Shown here: piece by piece, positions 1-15,341 of the stretch
How positions within the stretch are numbered: the stretch's first letter is position 1
Layout of the letters: each line of letters begins with the position of its first letter
Assembly (NCBI GenBank): GCA_964016885.1
Contig: OZ024750.1
Span: 16,244,001 to 16,308,000 of the forward strand
Reading direction: 5' to 3'
Origin: Eledone cirrhosa
Lineage: Eukaryota
Length of the DNA stretch: 64,000 nucleotides
The notes under the pieces: generated by a model
Databases searched by the model: none
What the model was told of the DNA's origin: nothing
The model's input: only the letters and a program-made list of their open reading frames with translations
Position numbers and translations under genes: made by a program

Positions 1-84
1 GTTTTAATCTCACCAGACGATAGATCGGCTGACATGTTAACATTGTAAACAACCAAGTGAACACACGACCCCCCCCCCCCCACG

Positions 85-270
85 CACACACACAACTACA
101 CACGCAGGCACACTCACACACACACTCACACACACATACTGAAACACAGATATGCATGTATTTATATATATATATGTATGTGTGTGGGTGTAGGTGTGTA
201 CTTTTACATACATATACACCCCAATTCTTATACACACTTATACACGCACACACATTGCAAGACATGCATG

Positions 271-343
<73 letters not shown>

Positions 344-530
344 GCGCGCACACAACTACACACGCAGGCACACACACACACACACACTCACACACACATA
401 CTGAAACACAGATATGCATGTATTTATATATATATATGTATGTGTGGGTGTAGGTGTGTACTTTTACATACATATACATGCCAATTCTTATACACACTTA
501 TACACGCACACACATTGCAAGACATGCATG

Positions 531-600
<70 letters not shown>
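85..600 (+). repeat. Tandem duplication of about 260 bp containing (CA)n
   Basis: cacaactacacacgcaggcac...gacatgcatgctc(ac)n occurs twice. Confidence 0.9.
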
Positions 601-1029
601 TACACACACACACATACTCACATACACTCACACGCATACACATATACTTAACTCCATCTTTGAAGAAGAAAGATGTATCTTATATATACGCACGTTTATA
701 TAAACAGATGTACACACACATATACGAAGACATGCACTGGGCATAATTATATACACACGTACAGTACATATAACAGAATCACAGAAAATGTCCACATATC
801 CACATATCCACATATCCACATATAAATGCAGCGCCAACACAGAATATACACAATATCTGAATGTATTTTGTTACGTATTGTATATACGAACGTACATTAT
901 ACACAGCGAAATTATACACACATATCAACATATACAAATAAACTCAGTTTATACAACATAACCACATAGAAAATACTTACATATGCAGTATATACAAACA
1001 AACGCAGTTAACTGTGCATGGATATATAA

Positions 1030-1090
<61 letters not shown>

Positions 1091-1099
<9 letters not shown>

Positions 1100-1509
1100 T
1101 ATAAAATCAAAAGATGGTTAAAAGAGTTCCATGTATTTTATTATGAGCATTTCAAAAACAAATATCATCATGGGATGATATTTGCGTTCTCATCAGATAA
1201 AATAGGGAGGCATGATATGAAGCTTAAAAAACACTTGCGAGCAGTGAAGTGTTAAATCAACATTGAAGTAAATCAACACTGCTCGCAAGTGTTTTTTAAG
1301 CTTCATATAATGTCTCCCTATTTTATCTGATGAGAACGCAAATATCATCCCATGATGATATTAGTTTTTGAAATGCGCATAATAAAATACATGGAACTCT
1401 TTTAACCATCTTTTGATTTTATATTATTTATACTCCAGTCCTATAAACTGTTGAGTGCTACTTATCCGATATTTGCATTGCTTTATTGTGCTACAATAAA
1501 ACTCACCTC
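1091..1509. mobile_element. PLE-type fold-back insert, family A (arms about 1091-1246 and 1277-1432, tail 1433-1509)
   Basis: Inverted repeat containing two HHR copies; asymmetric tail; microsatellite flanks. Homologous to 10514-10920 and 45431-45515. Confidence 0.88.
1321..1387 (+). ncRNA. Type I hammerhead ribozyme (family A); mirror copy 1136-1202 (-)
   Basis: ttttat-CTGATGA-[long stem II aatatcatc/gatgatatt]-GAAA-tgcgca (palindromic stem III)-TA-ataaaa. Confidence 0.88.
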
Positions 1510-2304
1510 CTACACACAAACACACCCATGTACTGTATATACAGACAAACATATATATATATATATATACACATGTACCATATATACAACCCAACCACTA
1601 TACATATATATAGAGACCTGTAAAATGTATACAATACAAACGTATATAGCATGTATTTTGACACAATACAAACATATATAGCATGTATGTAGACACAATA
1701 CACAGATATATAGCATAGATGTTAGACAAACTCTTTAGACATCATAAGGTGTAGTCTACGTGTGTGTTGGGCCTCCGTCGTTTCGGACAATGAATGTTGA
1801 TGCAATCAATGGAACAGCTTACACGTGAAATTAACATACAAATGGCTGAGTATTCCATAGACACGTATCGTCTTAATGTAATCCTTAGATAGATTCGTCT
1901 GGTACAAGGCTGGCGCTTTGAATTACAGGTGCAGTCTATCTTGTAGTATAGTGTTAGTAGTTGAATACAGGGCCTATGAGAGTCCAGCCAGTACTTTGTT
2001 CTGGAGCCCAAGAGCTATGAAGGCTCAACAGCAACCATGCAACAACCATTTTGAGAAAATTCTTTGCCTACTTCGGGCCCCAAAGGAGTCTTGCCCCACA
2101 TTGCAAAATTTCTTTTCGAGGCCCCGATTGAGTATTCTAATCAGGTGTGTATTCTCAACGTAATTCTCAGGAAGACTCAACATGACACAAGGTATGACAA
2201 TGCTGGTCTTTTGGATTATCAGAAATAACTCATATGAACTGGAGCAACATTAAATACTGTCCCATGTTCAAGAGCACAGCGGACTGCTGGGAATCGAACA
2301 CACA

Positions 2305-2501
2305 ATTCACCACCATAGGCGCTGAGCTGGCCAGCCGCAGGCATGAGCCTCACGAGTTGGAATGGCTCTTCCAGCGCATCTCCCTTACCATCCTCCGGGG
2401 AAACGGCTTCGCCATCCTGTCCGCCGGGGCTGTGGGGAGGCCAGTTCATGGGACCCCATTTTCTCACCATACGGATTAATAGGCAAAGTTATAAACTATT
2501 G
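2305..2501 (+). mobile_element. CRE-clade 3' fragment
   Basis: Homologous to 9166-9363 with the same 3' end. Confidence 0.85.
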
Positions 2502-2605
2502 TTTCTACCGGTTGGAAGTCGGTGTTACAGTTCTGTGGTTTTCAGTTGTCACGAGATGTATTAGTGATGTGATATATATATGTGATATATATATGTGTGT
2601 ATATA

Positions 2606-2722
<117 letters not shown>

Positions 2723-2835
2723 GTACACATATATATGTGTATATGTATATATATGTATATATATGTGTATATATATGTATATATATATATATGTATATAT
2801 GTATATATATATATATGTATATATATATGTATATA

Positions 2836-2919
<84 letters not shown>

Positions 2920-3124
2920 TACACATATATATATCACATATATATATCACATATATATATATGTACATATATATATATATATGTATATGTATATATATGT
3001 ATATATATATATATATATATGTACATATATATATATATATGTATATGTATATATATGTATATATATATGTATATATATATGTATATATATATATGTATAT
3101 ATGTTTATATATATATATGTATAT

Positions 3125-3179
<55 letters not shown>

Positions 3180-3182
3180 TGT

Positions 3183-3228
<46 letters not shown>

Positions 3229-3265
3229 ATATATATATGTATATATATATATATGTGTGTATGTA

Positions 3266-3311
<46 letters not shown>

Positions 3312-3314
<3 letters not shown>

Positions 3315-3955
3315 TCATAAGTATCTTATATGTATGTGTGTATATATATATGTACATATATATAAACACACACACATATATATATGTGTGTATGCGTACA
3401 TGTATGTGTGTGTGTGTGTGTGTGTGTGTATTTATGTATGTATATATGGAGGGAGTAGAACATGATATGCATGTATATAAGTTTGTGTGTTGAAAGAAAC
3501 TTTGCAGAAGACAAACATAAATTTGCTGAGTTAATGAGGACCTAATACCAGATGTGGTAATAACTAGATTCCACTACATAACATTTGACTGAAGCAGACG
3601 ACCTAACTTGCCATAGTTAGGGAACCCTTGGCGAATGGAGGGAGGTAGTCTAACGTTCAGTGCAAAACATCTTTAACGACATAGACTATAGTGCAAGCGC
3701 GGGGCTTAGTGGCTAGTGTGTTTAGCTCACAGTCGTAAGGTTTTTCAAACCAGAATTCTGGTAATTTAACGTTAGCCTACCTCCCTCCATTCGCCAAGGG
3801 TTCCCTAACTATGGCAAGTTAGGTCGTCTGCTTCAGTCAAATGTTATGTAGTGGAATGCAGTTATTACCACATCTGGTATTAGGTCCTCATTAACTCTAT
3901 ATAAACTTATATACATGCATATCATGTTCTACTCTCTCCATATATACATACATAA

Positions 3956-4045
<90 letters not shown>

Positions 4046-4140
4046 ATATGTACGTATACACACATATATATATGTGTGTGTGTTTATATATATGTACATA
4101 TATATATATATATATACACATACATATAAGATACTTATGA

Positions 4141-4142
<2 letters not shown>
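3312..4142. repeat. Compound inverted duplication (core arms 3528-3657 and 3768-3897 plus duplicated flanking DNA)
   Basis: Direct reverse-complement matches, including gagtagaacatgatatgcatg and catcataagtatcttata. Confidence 0.88.
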
Positions 4143-4183
<41 letters not shown>

Positions 4184-4409
4184 TATATACATATATACAT
4201 ACACACATATATATACATACATATATATATACATATATATATATACATATATATACATATATATATACATATATATACATATATATATACATATATATAT
4301 ATATACATATATATATACATATATATATACATATATATATATACATATATATATATATACATATACATATATACATATATATATATATATACATATATAT
4401 ACATATATA

Positions 4410-4442
<33 letters not shown>

Positions 4443-4450
4443 ACATATAC

Positions 4451-4481
<31 letters not shown>

Positions 4482-4482
4482 C

Positions 4483-4523
<41 letters not shown>

Positions 4524-4559
4524 TATATGTATAAATATACACACACACACACACATATA

Positions 4560-4598
<39 letters not shown>

Positions 4599-5319
4599 TA
4601 TATATATATATAATATACATATATATATAATATACATATATATATAATATACATATATATATAATATACATATATATATAATATACATAAATATAATATA
4701 CATATATATATATAATATACATATATATATAATATACATATATATATATATATATACATATATATATAATATACATATATATATAATATACATATATATA
4801 TATAATATACATATATATATAATATACACATATATATATATATATATATATGTGTGTGTATATTTGTCTATACAGGCAAATGCAGGCAGAGATACGTAAC
4901 ATAAATGATTGAATGTTAAGTAGTTCTATCGTCTGGTAATTTAACGACTATTGATAAATAAAGAATAGTATTGAACGGGTGGTGTAATGTCGGCTGGCTT
5001 AAGAGATAAAAATTTGTCTGGTCGTCTTTCTATAGGAACCAGCTTTCTGGAACACGCTGCTTATGTATGTATGTATGTATGTATGTATGTATGTATGTAT
5101 GTATGTATGTATGTATGTATGTATGTATGTATGTATGTATGTATGTATGTATGTATGTGTATGCGTATATGTATGTGTGTGTATATGTATGAATGTATGT
5201 GTGTGTATGTATGCATCTACGTATGTGTGTATGTTTGTATCTATGTATGTATGTGAAGTGTATGTATGAATCTATGTATGTATGTATGTATGTATATATG
5301 TATGTATGCGTGTGTGTGC

Positions 5320-5364
<45 letters not shown>

Positions 5365-5741
5365 TATATACATATTTAAGTATATATGTATGTATATATG
5401 TATGTATGTATGTGTGTGTGTGTATGTATGTATCTATGTATGTAGGTATGTATGTATGCATGTGTGTGTGTATGTATGTATGTGTGTGTATGATGTATGT
5501 ATATATGTATGTAAGTACGTATGTACGTTGTACGTATGTATGTATATATGTATGTAAGTACGTATGTACGTATGTACGTATATATAAATGTGTGTATATA
5601 TGTTCTTCTGGTTTTATTATTTTATAAATTTTCACCAATAAAGAGAAGGAAAGAGGTGGGAGGATTCTAACATAGAAACAAGACTCTTTCATTGGAATTT
5701 AGATAACATCAACCAGGTAAATATGTGTGCATGTGTGTGTG

Positions 5742-5789
<48 letters not shown>

Positions 5790-6329
5790 TGTGTGTGTCT
5801 GTGTGCGTTTGTGAATGTGTGTAGGTATGGATGAAATTGCATGTGTGGATCTGAATGTTTGAGTTATATATTAAACACATGCATATGTCACTCTATGTAA
5901 AACCTGTGAATATGCAAATATTACATGCTGTATTTCTGAAATGTTTTACATATTTTTACCGTTCCATAAATGGGCTGAAATTTCCTAAAATAGCCAAGGC
6001 CTTTCTGAGTCTGTGAAGCCAAGCCTTCTCAAGATTTGTACTGATGGAGTTAATAAGATATCCCAGAGCTCCAATTATCACAGGTACAAATACGTAAATA
6101 TATATCTACAGGGGCCGTAAAAACATTTCTGAATTGGTGGGGCCAAATTTGGACATTTAGTTGTAGTGATTAGTTTATGGCCAGAAAACTTCGAAATGCG
6201 ATAAACATACCATGTACATATATTGTAGGGTATATCCAAATTGATGTGTGTTTTGGTAGTTTGGGGAGAAAATATAATTATTGGAGGGCGGCATACCACA
6301 CCTCCACTAGTTCCACCACCACTCTCTTC

Positions 6330-6990
6330 CAACCCCCCCTCTATATCAATTAGCACCAAACTCTCCCCCTCTCTATATTTACTACACGGTACTCTCTTCC
6401 ATTCCCCCTCTCTATATCAATAAATATCAATCTCTCCCCTCTCTCTATCTAATATACAACACTCTCTCCCAATTCCCTTCTCTATATCAATTATCACCAA
6501 ATAATTCCCCTCTCTGTATCTACCACACAACACTCTCTCTCATTTCCTCTCACTCTATCCATTACTACCAAACTATGCCCCTCTCTATATCTACCACACA
6601 ACACTCTCTCTCATTTCCTTTCACTCTATCCATTACTACCAAACTATCCCCTCTCTATATCTACCACACAACACTCTCTCTCATTTCCTCTCACTCTATC
6701 CATTACTACCAAACTATGCCCCTCTCTATATCTACCATACAACGTTCTCTCCCAATCCCCCCTCACTATATTAATTATCACCAAACTATGCCCCTCTCTA
6801 TATCTACCATACAACGTTCTCTCCCAATCCCCCCTCACTATATTAATTATCACAAAACTATCCCCCTCTCTATATCTACCATACAACACTCTCTCTCATT
6901 CCCTCTCACTCTATCCATTACTACCAAACTATCCCCCTCTCTATATCTACCATACAACACTCTCTCTCATTCCCTCTCACTCTATCCATC
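6330..6990 (+). repeat. Minisatellite, about 60-70 bp unit
   Basis: Repeated ccctctctatatctaccatacaacactctctc. Confidence 0.9.
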
Positions 6991-6992
6991 CC

Positions 6993-7045
6993 TACCAAGG
7001 AATGGTCAGAAACTACTGGAACTGTGCACATACCATAACCTCAGC
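6993..7045 (+). mobile_element. Short LINE APE-endonuclease fragment (RTE-like)
   Basis: NGQKLLELCTYHNL. Confidence 0.5.
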
Positions 7046-7379
7046 GCCACCTTCTTGGATGAGTATTTAACAGGCACACGCACCCTTCTCAACGTAATTT
7101 TCAGGGAGATTCAGCATGACACAGTATGTGACAAGATTGGGCTTTTGAATTACATGTACAATCCATCCACGGGCTTCCAAACAGTTTCCGTCTACCTAAT
7201 TGTACTCACATGACATGGGTCGACTCGAGGATATGGTAAGTAGCAATTGCTTAAGATATGATGCAGTGAGATCGAATCTGGAATATATCGATTGCGAAGC
7301 AAGCCTCTTAACCATTCTGCTATGTTGCGTCCACAAGAATAAAAACCAACACACGAGGAATGAAAGGGAGAAATAAGAA

Positions 7380-7610
7380 GGTCAGAAGCAATCCAGATAC
7401 TATAGAATATAACAAATAACTGGAAAGTACCCGGAAATGACAAAGTGCCAAATTTCTCAGTAAATTATCCAGCAGTTATCCCACATAGTTCCCCAGTGAA
7501 AATATTCAAGAATTTACCGATAGAGCCAAAAGCAACACCTAAATATCTCACAGTGAGAGAAAAGAAAAACTTAATACTTAAGACAAGAGGAACATCAGAC
7601 CTCAAAAACT
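7380..7610 (+). mobile_element. Degenerate R4/Dong-like RT N-terminal fragment
   Basis: NWKVPGNDKVPNF resembles the NWKAPGxD motif. Confidence 0.5.
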
Positions 7611-7679
7611 GAACATGTATAATGTAGAGTGCACACGTACTTTCACACGTACAGTCGACATATGTTTTGTGAGTGAAAT

Positions 7680-7900
7680 TGGGTTAACGGAAACTGTTTG
7701 GAAGCCCGTGGGGTGCACTGTGTCTATAATTCAAAGGGCCAGTCATGTAATTCACTGTGTCACGCTGAATCTCCCCGAGAATTACGCTAAGCGCACACAT
7801 ATATGCGGAATGCGCAGCTACTTACACATTAATTTTACAAATAGTCTATTCCGTTGATAGACCAACTGGAATAATCATCGTCGAAATCGACAGAGGTCCT
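7680..7900 (+). mobile_element. Second interspersed SINE-like family (gtcacgctgaatctccc.gagaa); other copies at about 1770-1950 (-), 7050-7330 (-), 9480-9750 (-), 24260-24690 (+), 46320-46440 (-)
   Basis: Mutual similarity; tRNA-like heads on the 7050-7330 and 24260 copies. Confidence 0.7.
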
Positions 7901-8352
7901 CGCTTTCCGCTACACCAATACAACATATGGGACTTGCACACATATATACAACCTTCAGACAATAACACTATTACATACTGCAAAAATATTACATAGAGTA
8001 ACTAAAGATTTACATATATACATAATATACAGAAAAGAAAAATGGCGTCACTAGTTACTGCACACATATTACATAAAGTAACCCAGGACTTACACGTATA
8101 CACACTAGACACTGCATACCTATATTATATAGCGTCAGCGCGGACTTATACATACATACAGCATACAGAAAATAGTACTATTAGACACTGTACATAGATT
8201 ACGACTATGTATAACCAGACACACGTACATGCACATACGCGCAGGCGCAAACAGAGCTGCCTGCCTAGTATACAAAGTATTTACATCAATGTTACCACAA
8301 ACTAGGAACATATCAAAACCAGGTACAGTTTGTGTGTGTGTGTGTGCGTGTG

Positions 8353-8389
<37 letters not shown>

Positions 8390-8899
8390 ATAGACCCCAT
8401 TATTTCGAAAGGATGAAAGACAAAGTTGACCACGACGGGATTAGAACATAGAATGTGGAGAACCAGAATGAATAACGCAAAGCATTCTAGTCGACGTTCT
8501 ACCGACTCTGTCATTTTGCCGCCTATGTCTATCTAGTACATAAAAGATATACAAATAAAATCTACCCTAAACCCGGAGGCTCATCAAACCGGAGTTTATC
8601 CTGGTTTTATTGATATTAAGCAGCTTGAGAATACAAAACTCCCATCCCTTCCCCCACCCTCCCCGGATACAATGCACAGCGGGGAATCGTTATCACGACC
8701 TTAAGTCCATGAGGCAAATATGCTAAGTACTATGTCACGCTGCTAGAGATAGGGGGCGTTCTATAAAATAGCAACAGGAGCGATGTTAATATAATATTGT
8801 TAGGATGTCTTCACAGTGCAGTTGTTTATCTTCAACACAAGTAAACATATTTTTCCAAGAATTACCGAATTTATTTGACGAAAAGTAACGTAATTCTGA

Positions 8900-9363
8900 A
8901 TGGGGCTGGACCGAGGGGATGGCAAAAGGCCAGACGGTATGACCATCTTCCCGTTCCGCGGTGTCAAACCCCTCGTCTGGGATGTCACTTGCAGCGACAC
9001 TTTCTCCAGCTGCAACCTGGTGAAGTCTGCGACTAATCCAGGTTCTGCTACACGTCGGGCTGAGGAGGCCAAACTCTGCAAGTACCGGTCGCTCTCCGAC
9101 AGGTTCGCGGTCGTGCCCTTGGCAGTGCAGACTTCTGGTGTCCTTGGCCCTAGGGCTACCCCCCTATTCACCACCATAGGCGCTGGGCTGGCCAGCCGCA
9201 GGTGTGAGCCTCGCGAGTTGGAATGGCTCTTCCAGCGCATCTCCCTTACCAACCTCCGGGGAAACGCCTTCGTCATCCTATCCGCCGGGGCTGTGGGGAG
9301 GCCAGCACGTGGGGCCCCATTTGCTCACCATACGGATTAATAGGCAAAGTTATAAACTATTGT
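8900..9363 (+). mobile_element. CRE-clade non-LTR retrotransposon 3' fragment (restriction-like endonuclease domain)
   Basis: DGKRPDG...LVWDVT...K..KY...VPLAVQTSG.LG...LFQRISL..LRGNA. Confidence 0.88.
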
Positions 9364-10086
9364 AAATATACCTATTTAATATGGTCACAAATTGTCGCTT
9401 ATTTTTATGACTAAACACTCACCACGTCATTTATGAGGACGTTAATGGAGCAGTCTTTCTTTCAGTAACATGGAATGATCTACATTGGTTTCGACAATGA
9501 ATGTTCCAGTTGATCGAACGATGAAACGGCCTACTCGTGTAATTAACATCCAGTTGGCTGAGTATTCCACAAACATGTCTACCTTTAACGTAATCACTAG
9601 GAGGATTCTAGCACAGTGCATAACAAGGATGTCCCTTTCAAAGTCAGCAAAAGTCAATCTGACGGGCTTCAAAACAGTTTCTGTCTACCAAATTTCATTC
9701 AAGAGGCATGGGTTGACACAAAGCTAAGATAAATGACACTTACTCAAGGCTGTCTTGAGTATTACTGAAGGAGCTGAAGGGGGCTCATCAAGCCGCTGCT
9801 AATCCCAATTTCCGTGGCGTGAAACTACTGTGAGTACAAGACTCACCTATGAACAGGTTGTCAGTCCATCGCAAGGTTAAACCCCCAGGATGTCAGTCCA
9901 TCGCAAGGTTAAACCCCCTAGTTACTGCTGGTACACGTTTTCAGTTGAGTATACAGTGGCAAACTGACATAAAGTGTTTTGCTCAAGATCACAACACAGA
10001 GTCCAGGAATCGAACGTACGAGATTATGATCGTTAGTCCAACATCTTAACCACTAGGCCACGCACCGCTAAGATTGGACGAACTGG

Positions 10087-10224
<138 letters not shown>

Positions 10225-10244
10225 GTATATATAATAATAATAAT

Positions 10245-10410
10245 AATTGTTTCTACTTTTGGCACGGCACGAGGCCAGCAATTACCCAGTACATTACTGG
10301 TACTTTATTTTATCGACCCCGTAAGGATGAAAGGCAAAGTCAACCTCGGCGGGATTTGAACTCAGATCGTAAAGGGACGTAACTATGCTGGAAAGCATAG
10401 TTACGTCTAT
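10245..10410 (-). mobile_element. SINE, dominant family; other minus-strand copies at about 23983-24175, 43830-44015, 47350-47525, 58840-58930, and diverged copies at 8395-8525 and 24780-24920
   Basis: Same consensus. Confidence 0.85.
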
Positions 10411-10513
10411 TCGGGTTGAAAATCCATTGTGTGAAACACGCGTCTTCGAATATGGTTTGGTAATTTGCTGTGGAACTAACCCCCCCCCTCTCTCTGTATA
10501 TATATATATATAT

Positions 10514-10920
10514 GAGGTGAGTTTTATTGTAGTACAATAAAGCAATGCAGATATCGGATAAGAAGCACTCTACAGTTTGTAGGACTGGAGTATACATAAT
10601 ATATAAGAACAAAAGATGGTTAAAAGAGTTCCATGTATTTTATTATGCGCATTTCAAAAACAAATATCATCATGCAATAATATTTGTGTTTTCATCAGAT
10701 AAAACAGGAAGACATGATATGAAGGTTAAAAAACACTTGTGGATAGTGCAGTTTTAAATCAACATAACTGCACTATCCACAAGTGTTTTTTAACCTTCAT
10801 ATCATGTCTTCCTGTTTTATTTGATGAAAACACAAATATTATTGCATGATGATATTTGTTTTTGAAATGCGCATAATAAAATACATGGAACTCTTTTAAC
10901 CATCTTTTGTTCTTATATAT
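10514..10920. mobile_element. PLE-type fold-back insert, family A, tail on the left
   Basis: Arms about 10598-10753 and 10766-10920; tail 10514-10597; (TA)n flanks. Confidence 0.88.
10638..10704 (-). ncRNA. Type I hammerhead ribozyme (family A); mirror copy 10815-10881 (+) has C3>U
   Basis: Reverse complement reads ttttat-CTGATGA-...-GAAA-tgcgca-TA-ataaaa. Confidence 0.85.
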
Positions 10921-11008
10921 TATATTATACTGTATATATATATATATATGCCTCTAACTCTCTCTCTGTCTGTATATATATATATATATATATGCCTCTA
11001 ACTCTCTC

Positions 11009-11086
<78 letters not shown>

Positions 11087-11868
11087 CCTATCTCTTACTC
11101 TCTCCCCCCCCCCTTTCTCTCTATCTCTATCTCTGTTTTTGTCTATTTATTTTTTAGGTGTGGTCACAATATTTAAATAACATTTATTTTAAGCTTACTT
11201 GATTACAATTCACTGTTGTTTATTTGTTTATACATACATACATACATACGCATATATACATACATACATACATACGCATATATACATACATACATACATA
11301 CATACATACGCATATATACATACATACATACATACATACATACATACATACATACATACATACATACTTACACACATTCATGCATACATACATATACACA
11401 TACACACACAATGCATACATACATATATGCATACATACAAACATACATTACATGCATATATACATACATACATACACACATACATACATACATACATACA
11501 TACATACATACATACATACATACAACATATATACATACATACATACATACATACATACATACATACATACATACATACATACATACATACGTACGTACAT
11601 ACATACAACATATATACATACAAACAAACACATACACATATCACACACATACACACATACACGCACACATACACGCACACACACTCACACACACACACAT
11701 ATATATATATATGTATATATATACATGTGTTTAGCAATTACATATTCTTTCCATCTTCTGTCGGGTATGCCAATGGGGTACTTAGTATTTAAACAAGGAG
11801 GCCATTGTAAAACTAACTGTTTCTGACAAAAAAAACATTGTCTTGTAACGAGCTGGTAAAGACACATG

Positions 11869-11916
<48 letters not shown>

Positions 11917-12125
11917 CACACAACGTACATGCACACACATACACATATGCACACTAACAGACATATGTACACGTGTGGACATAGATATCGACCACGGACA
12001 CACACATACATACATACATACATACATACATACATACATACATACATACATACATACATACATACATACATACATACATACATACATGCAACATTTCTCT
12101 CAATATATTTGCATTAAAGTATATC

Positions 12126-12157
<32 letters not shown>

Positions 12158-12220
12158 TGTATGTATGTATGCATGTATATATGTGTGTGTGTTTGTATGT
12201 ATATATATATATACATACAC

Positions 12221-12269
<49 letters not shown>

Positions 12270-12351
12270 CATACATACGTACATATATATTACGCACATG
12301 TATACATTAATACAAATATATATTTATGTATATATATGTATGCATATATAA

Positions 12352-12389
<38 letters not shown>

Positions 12390-13134
12390 TACATATACAC
12401 ACGCATGTATATATATATAAAACATATCATCCCGTGCCATATACACACACACGCACACATATAGATATATAGATATATAGAAACACACAGACACACACAC
12501 ACACACACGCACACGCACACACAGAAAAAGAAATAATTTGAAAGTGAGAGATAAAGCGATATGTAGATAGATAGGAAGATATAGATATAAATAAGAATAT
12601 AGATGTAGACACATGTATGTCTGTACATACGTCCATCTTCACAACTCTCATCATTGATCAAATAATATTATTCTTACATTCTTCGTTAACCAAGATACTT
12701 ATGTGTGAAACCGTGTGTTCTAATCATTATTTATAGTTCACGGAAGGGTCACTTGTTAATCATAATAAATAACACACACACACACACATTCTCCCACTGA
12801 ATATTCTGTGATTGCCTTAATATCATTGCTTTTTAGCTTTGCATTCTTTTATAGAAATATTTCTTTCGACGGCGAATTGGTACAGTCGTTAGAGGTGTCA
12901 GAAAACTTTACTGTATTCATTCTGAGTTGAAATTCTACTAATGCTCATTTTGCCTTTATCACCTTTTCGTAGCCTAAAATAAAATACTAATCTATTCTTC
13001 TTCTCTTTTGCTTCATTTTTTTTTTCTTTTAAAAAAATGTTTTTTCTCTCTCTTTCTTTGACAGAATCGGCCGTACCGAAACTTGGAAAGCGATGGGCGT
13101 CGCCAGGTTTAAAATACCCAAGACACACCATTTA

Positions 13135-13630
13135 TATATCAGAGTGACACCCTTCCAATCGTGAGATTTGGAAGGTGGACATTTCCACATTAGCCGTATA
13201 TTAGAACGACGCCCCTATCACTTGTCAATCTTAGAAGGAGATGGACTTTTCCACACCATTCCTATATCAGAGCGACACTACTACGACTTGTCAGTCTTGG
13301 AAGGAGATGGACTTTTCCACACCATTCCTATATCAGAGCGACACTACTACGACTTGTCAGTCTTGAAAGGAGATGGACTTTTCCACATTAGCCATATATC
13401 AGAGCGACACCCCTACCGCTTGTCCATCTTAGAAGGAGATGGACGTTTCTACACTAGTCGTATATCCGAGTGACACCCCTTCTACTCGCCAGACTTGGAA
13501 GGAAATGGACGTTCAAACAATAGCCGTATCAGAGCGATATCCCTACGACTTGTCAGACTTATAGAGGGATAGGACGTTGCCAGGTTTAAGATATTCAAGA
13601 TACATCTACCACATGTCAGAGTGACACCTC
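13135..13630 (+). repeat. Minisatellite, about 61 bp unit
   Basis: Repeated tatatcagagcgacac...gaaggagatggacttttccac. Confidence 0.9.
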
Positions 13631-13734
13631 TACCACTCCATTAAGAGAGAGCAATAATCATAAAAAATATTTTCAACACATATTTTCTGGTACCTTATCA
13701 AAACTAAATTTCAGTGTTGTTAAGTTATATTCAG

Positions 13735-13995
13735 ACTTAGGGCTTGTCCTCTTGCTCTGGGTAGCGCTTTGGGCGACAAACTTCCACCAACACACACGAT
13801 CCCCTACTACACTTTCACATCCGTTCCGGGTGTTGTTAACGACCTTCAGATCAGGTTCACTGACAGGCGATCTTCTGTTTGCCTCTTTTCTGTTTGCAGT
13901 CAGGAGGAGTACAACTCAGTGCCGATTTTGTGTGCCAGAGATCGAATAAATGGAGAATGTAGCCAGCCAGGCGGAACTGTCGCTCAGTAATTATA
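13735..13995 (-). mobile_element. Degenerate RTE-like LINE ORF2 C-terminus
   Basis: RQFRLAGYIL...KSALS.TP..KRGKQK...DLK...DRV.W.KFV across frameshifts. Confidence 0.7.
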
Positions 13996-14089
13996 TTTGA
14001 GTTATACATATACAGAAAAGTTAAAAGCATAAAAAATGTCAAAATGTTACATATACAGAGAAAGGCTATAAAACTGACAAGTTATTGTT

Positions 14090-14317
14090 ATTGTTAATCT
14101 TGTTCATGTGGTTAATTATTTTTACACATATTTCATTACTGCACTAGGGTTTGATGAACACAACCACAAGGATATGGTCCGAACGTGGAAGAGCCGAACT
14201 CCCCACTGTCATCACCTCCATATCTCTCTGTATGGTGAGCAAATGGGGTCCCAAGTGCTGGCCTCCCCACAGCCTTGGCGGACAGAATGGAGAAGGTGTT
14301 TCCCCGGTGGATGGTAA
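14090..14317 (-). mobile_element. CRE-clade 3' fragment with a different, longer 3' end
   Basis: Reverse complement matches 9245-9335 and then diverges; left boundary approximate. Confidence 0.7.
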
Positions 14318-14496
14318 GAAGTTATACACACATCTAAATATTAAAAAAACTGACAAGTTATCCAATTTAATCCAATCCAATCCAACATTTGAAAAAAAAT
14401 TTTGTAAGTTATATACACGAGTTTAATGAACATTAAACTGTTATATATCGGTAGAAAAATAAAAGCAAAACAAATGAAAGCAAAGAAATGTTAAAA

Positions 14497-14729
<233 letters not shown>

Positions 14730-14752
14730 TATATATATATATATATATCTAA

Positions 14753-14786
<34 letters not shown>

Positions 14787-14810
14787 GTTCCACAACAGTT
14801 AGTTCACCAT

Positions 14811-14851
14811 ACCGAGAACAAATGTTTCACCTTGCAGATCATCAGCTCGGT
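14811..14851 (-). ncRNA. Minimal type I hammerhead within the 5'-inverted insert 14783-14917
   Basis: accgag-CTGATGA-tctgcaaggt-GAAA-catttg-TT-ctcggt. Confidence 0.82.
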
Positions 14852-14918
14852 CTGCCAAACTCGTCCCATGGACTGAGTGCTCTACTACTACAGATATAAC
14901 CCTCCAGTGTTCTACTAT

Positions 14919-14972
<54 letters not shown>

Positions 14973-15017
14973 GATAGACTGATGTTTTTCTGGTTTTATT
15001 ATTTTATTATTTTCACC

Positions 15018-15089
<72 letters not shown>

Positions 15090-15175
15090 TGTGTGTGTGT
15101 CTGTCTGTGTGTCTATATGAATGTAAATTTTTCTTTGAGATTTAAGTTTTTCGCCAACCACTATATGTACATATA

Positions 15176-15259
<84 letters not shown>

Positions 15260-15295
15260 CATATATATGAATGTACGTATGTGTATGTATGTATA

Positions 15296-15341
<46 letters not shown>

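Noticed and set aside
3595-3650. HDV-like ribozyme suggested by ggcgaatgg
   Set aside because: No room for P3/L3 and the nested pseudoknot could not be built.
13735-13990. Plus-strand Cys-containing terminal exon (ORF 13769-13990)
   Set aside because: The minus strand carries recognisable LINE ORF2 C-terminal motifs, which explains the sequence better.
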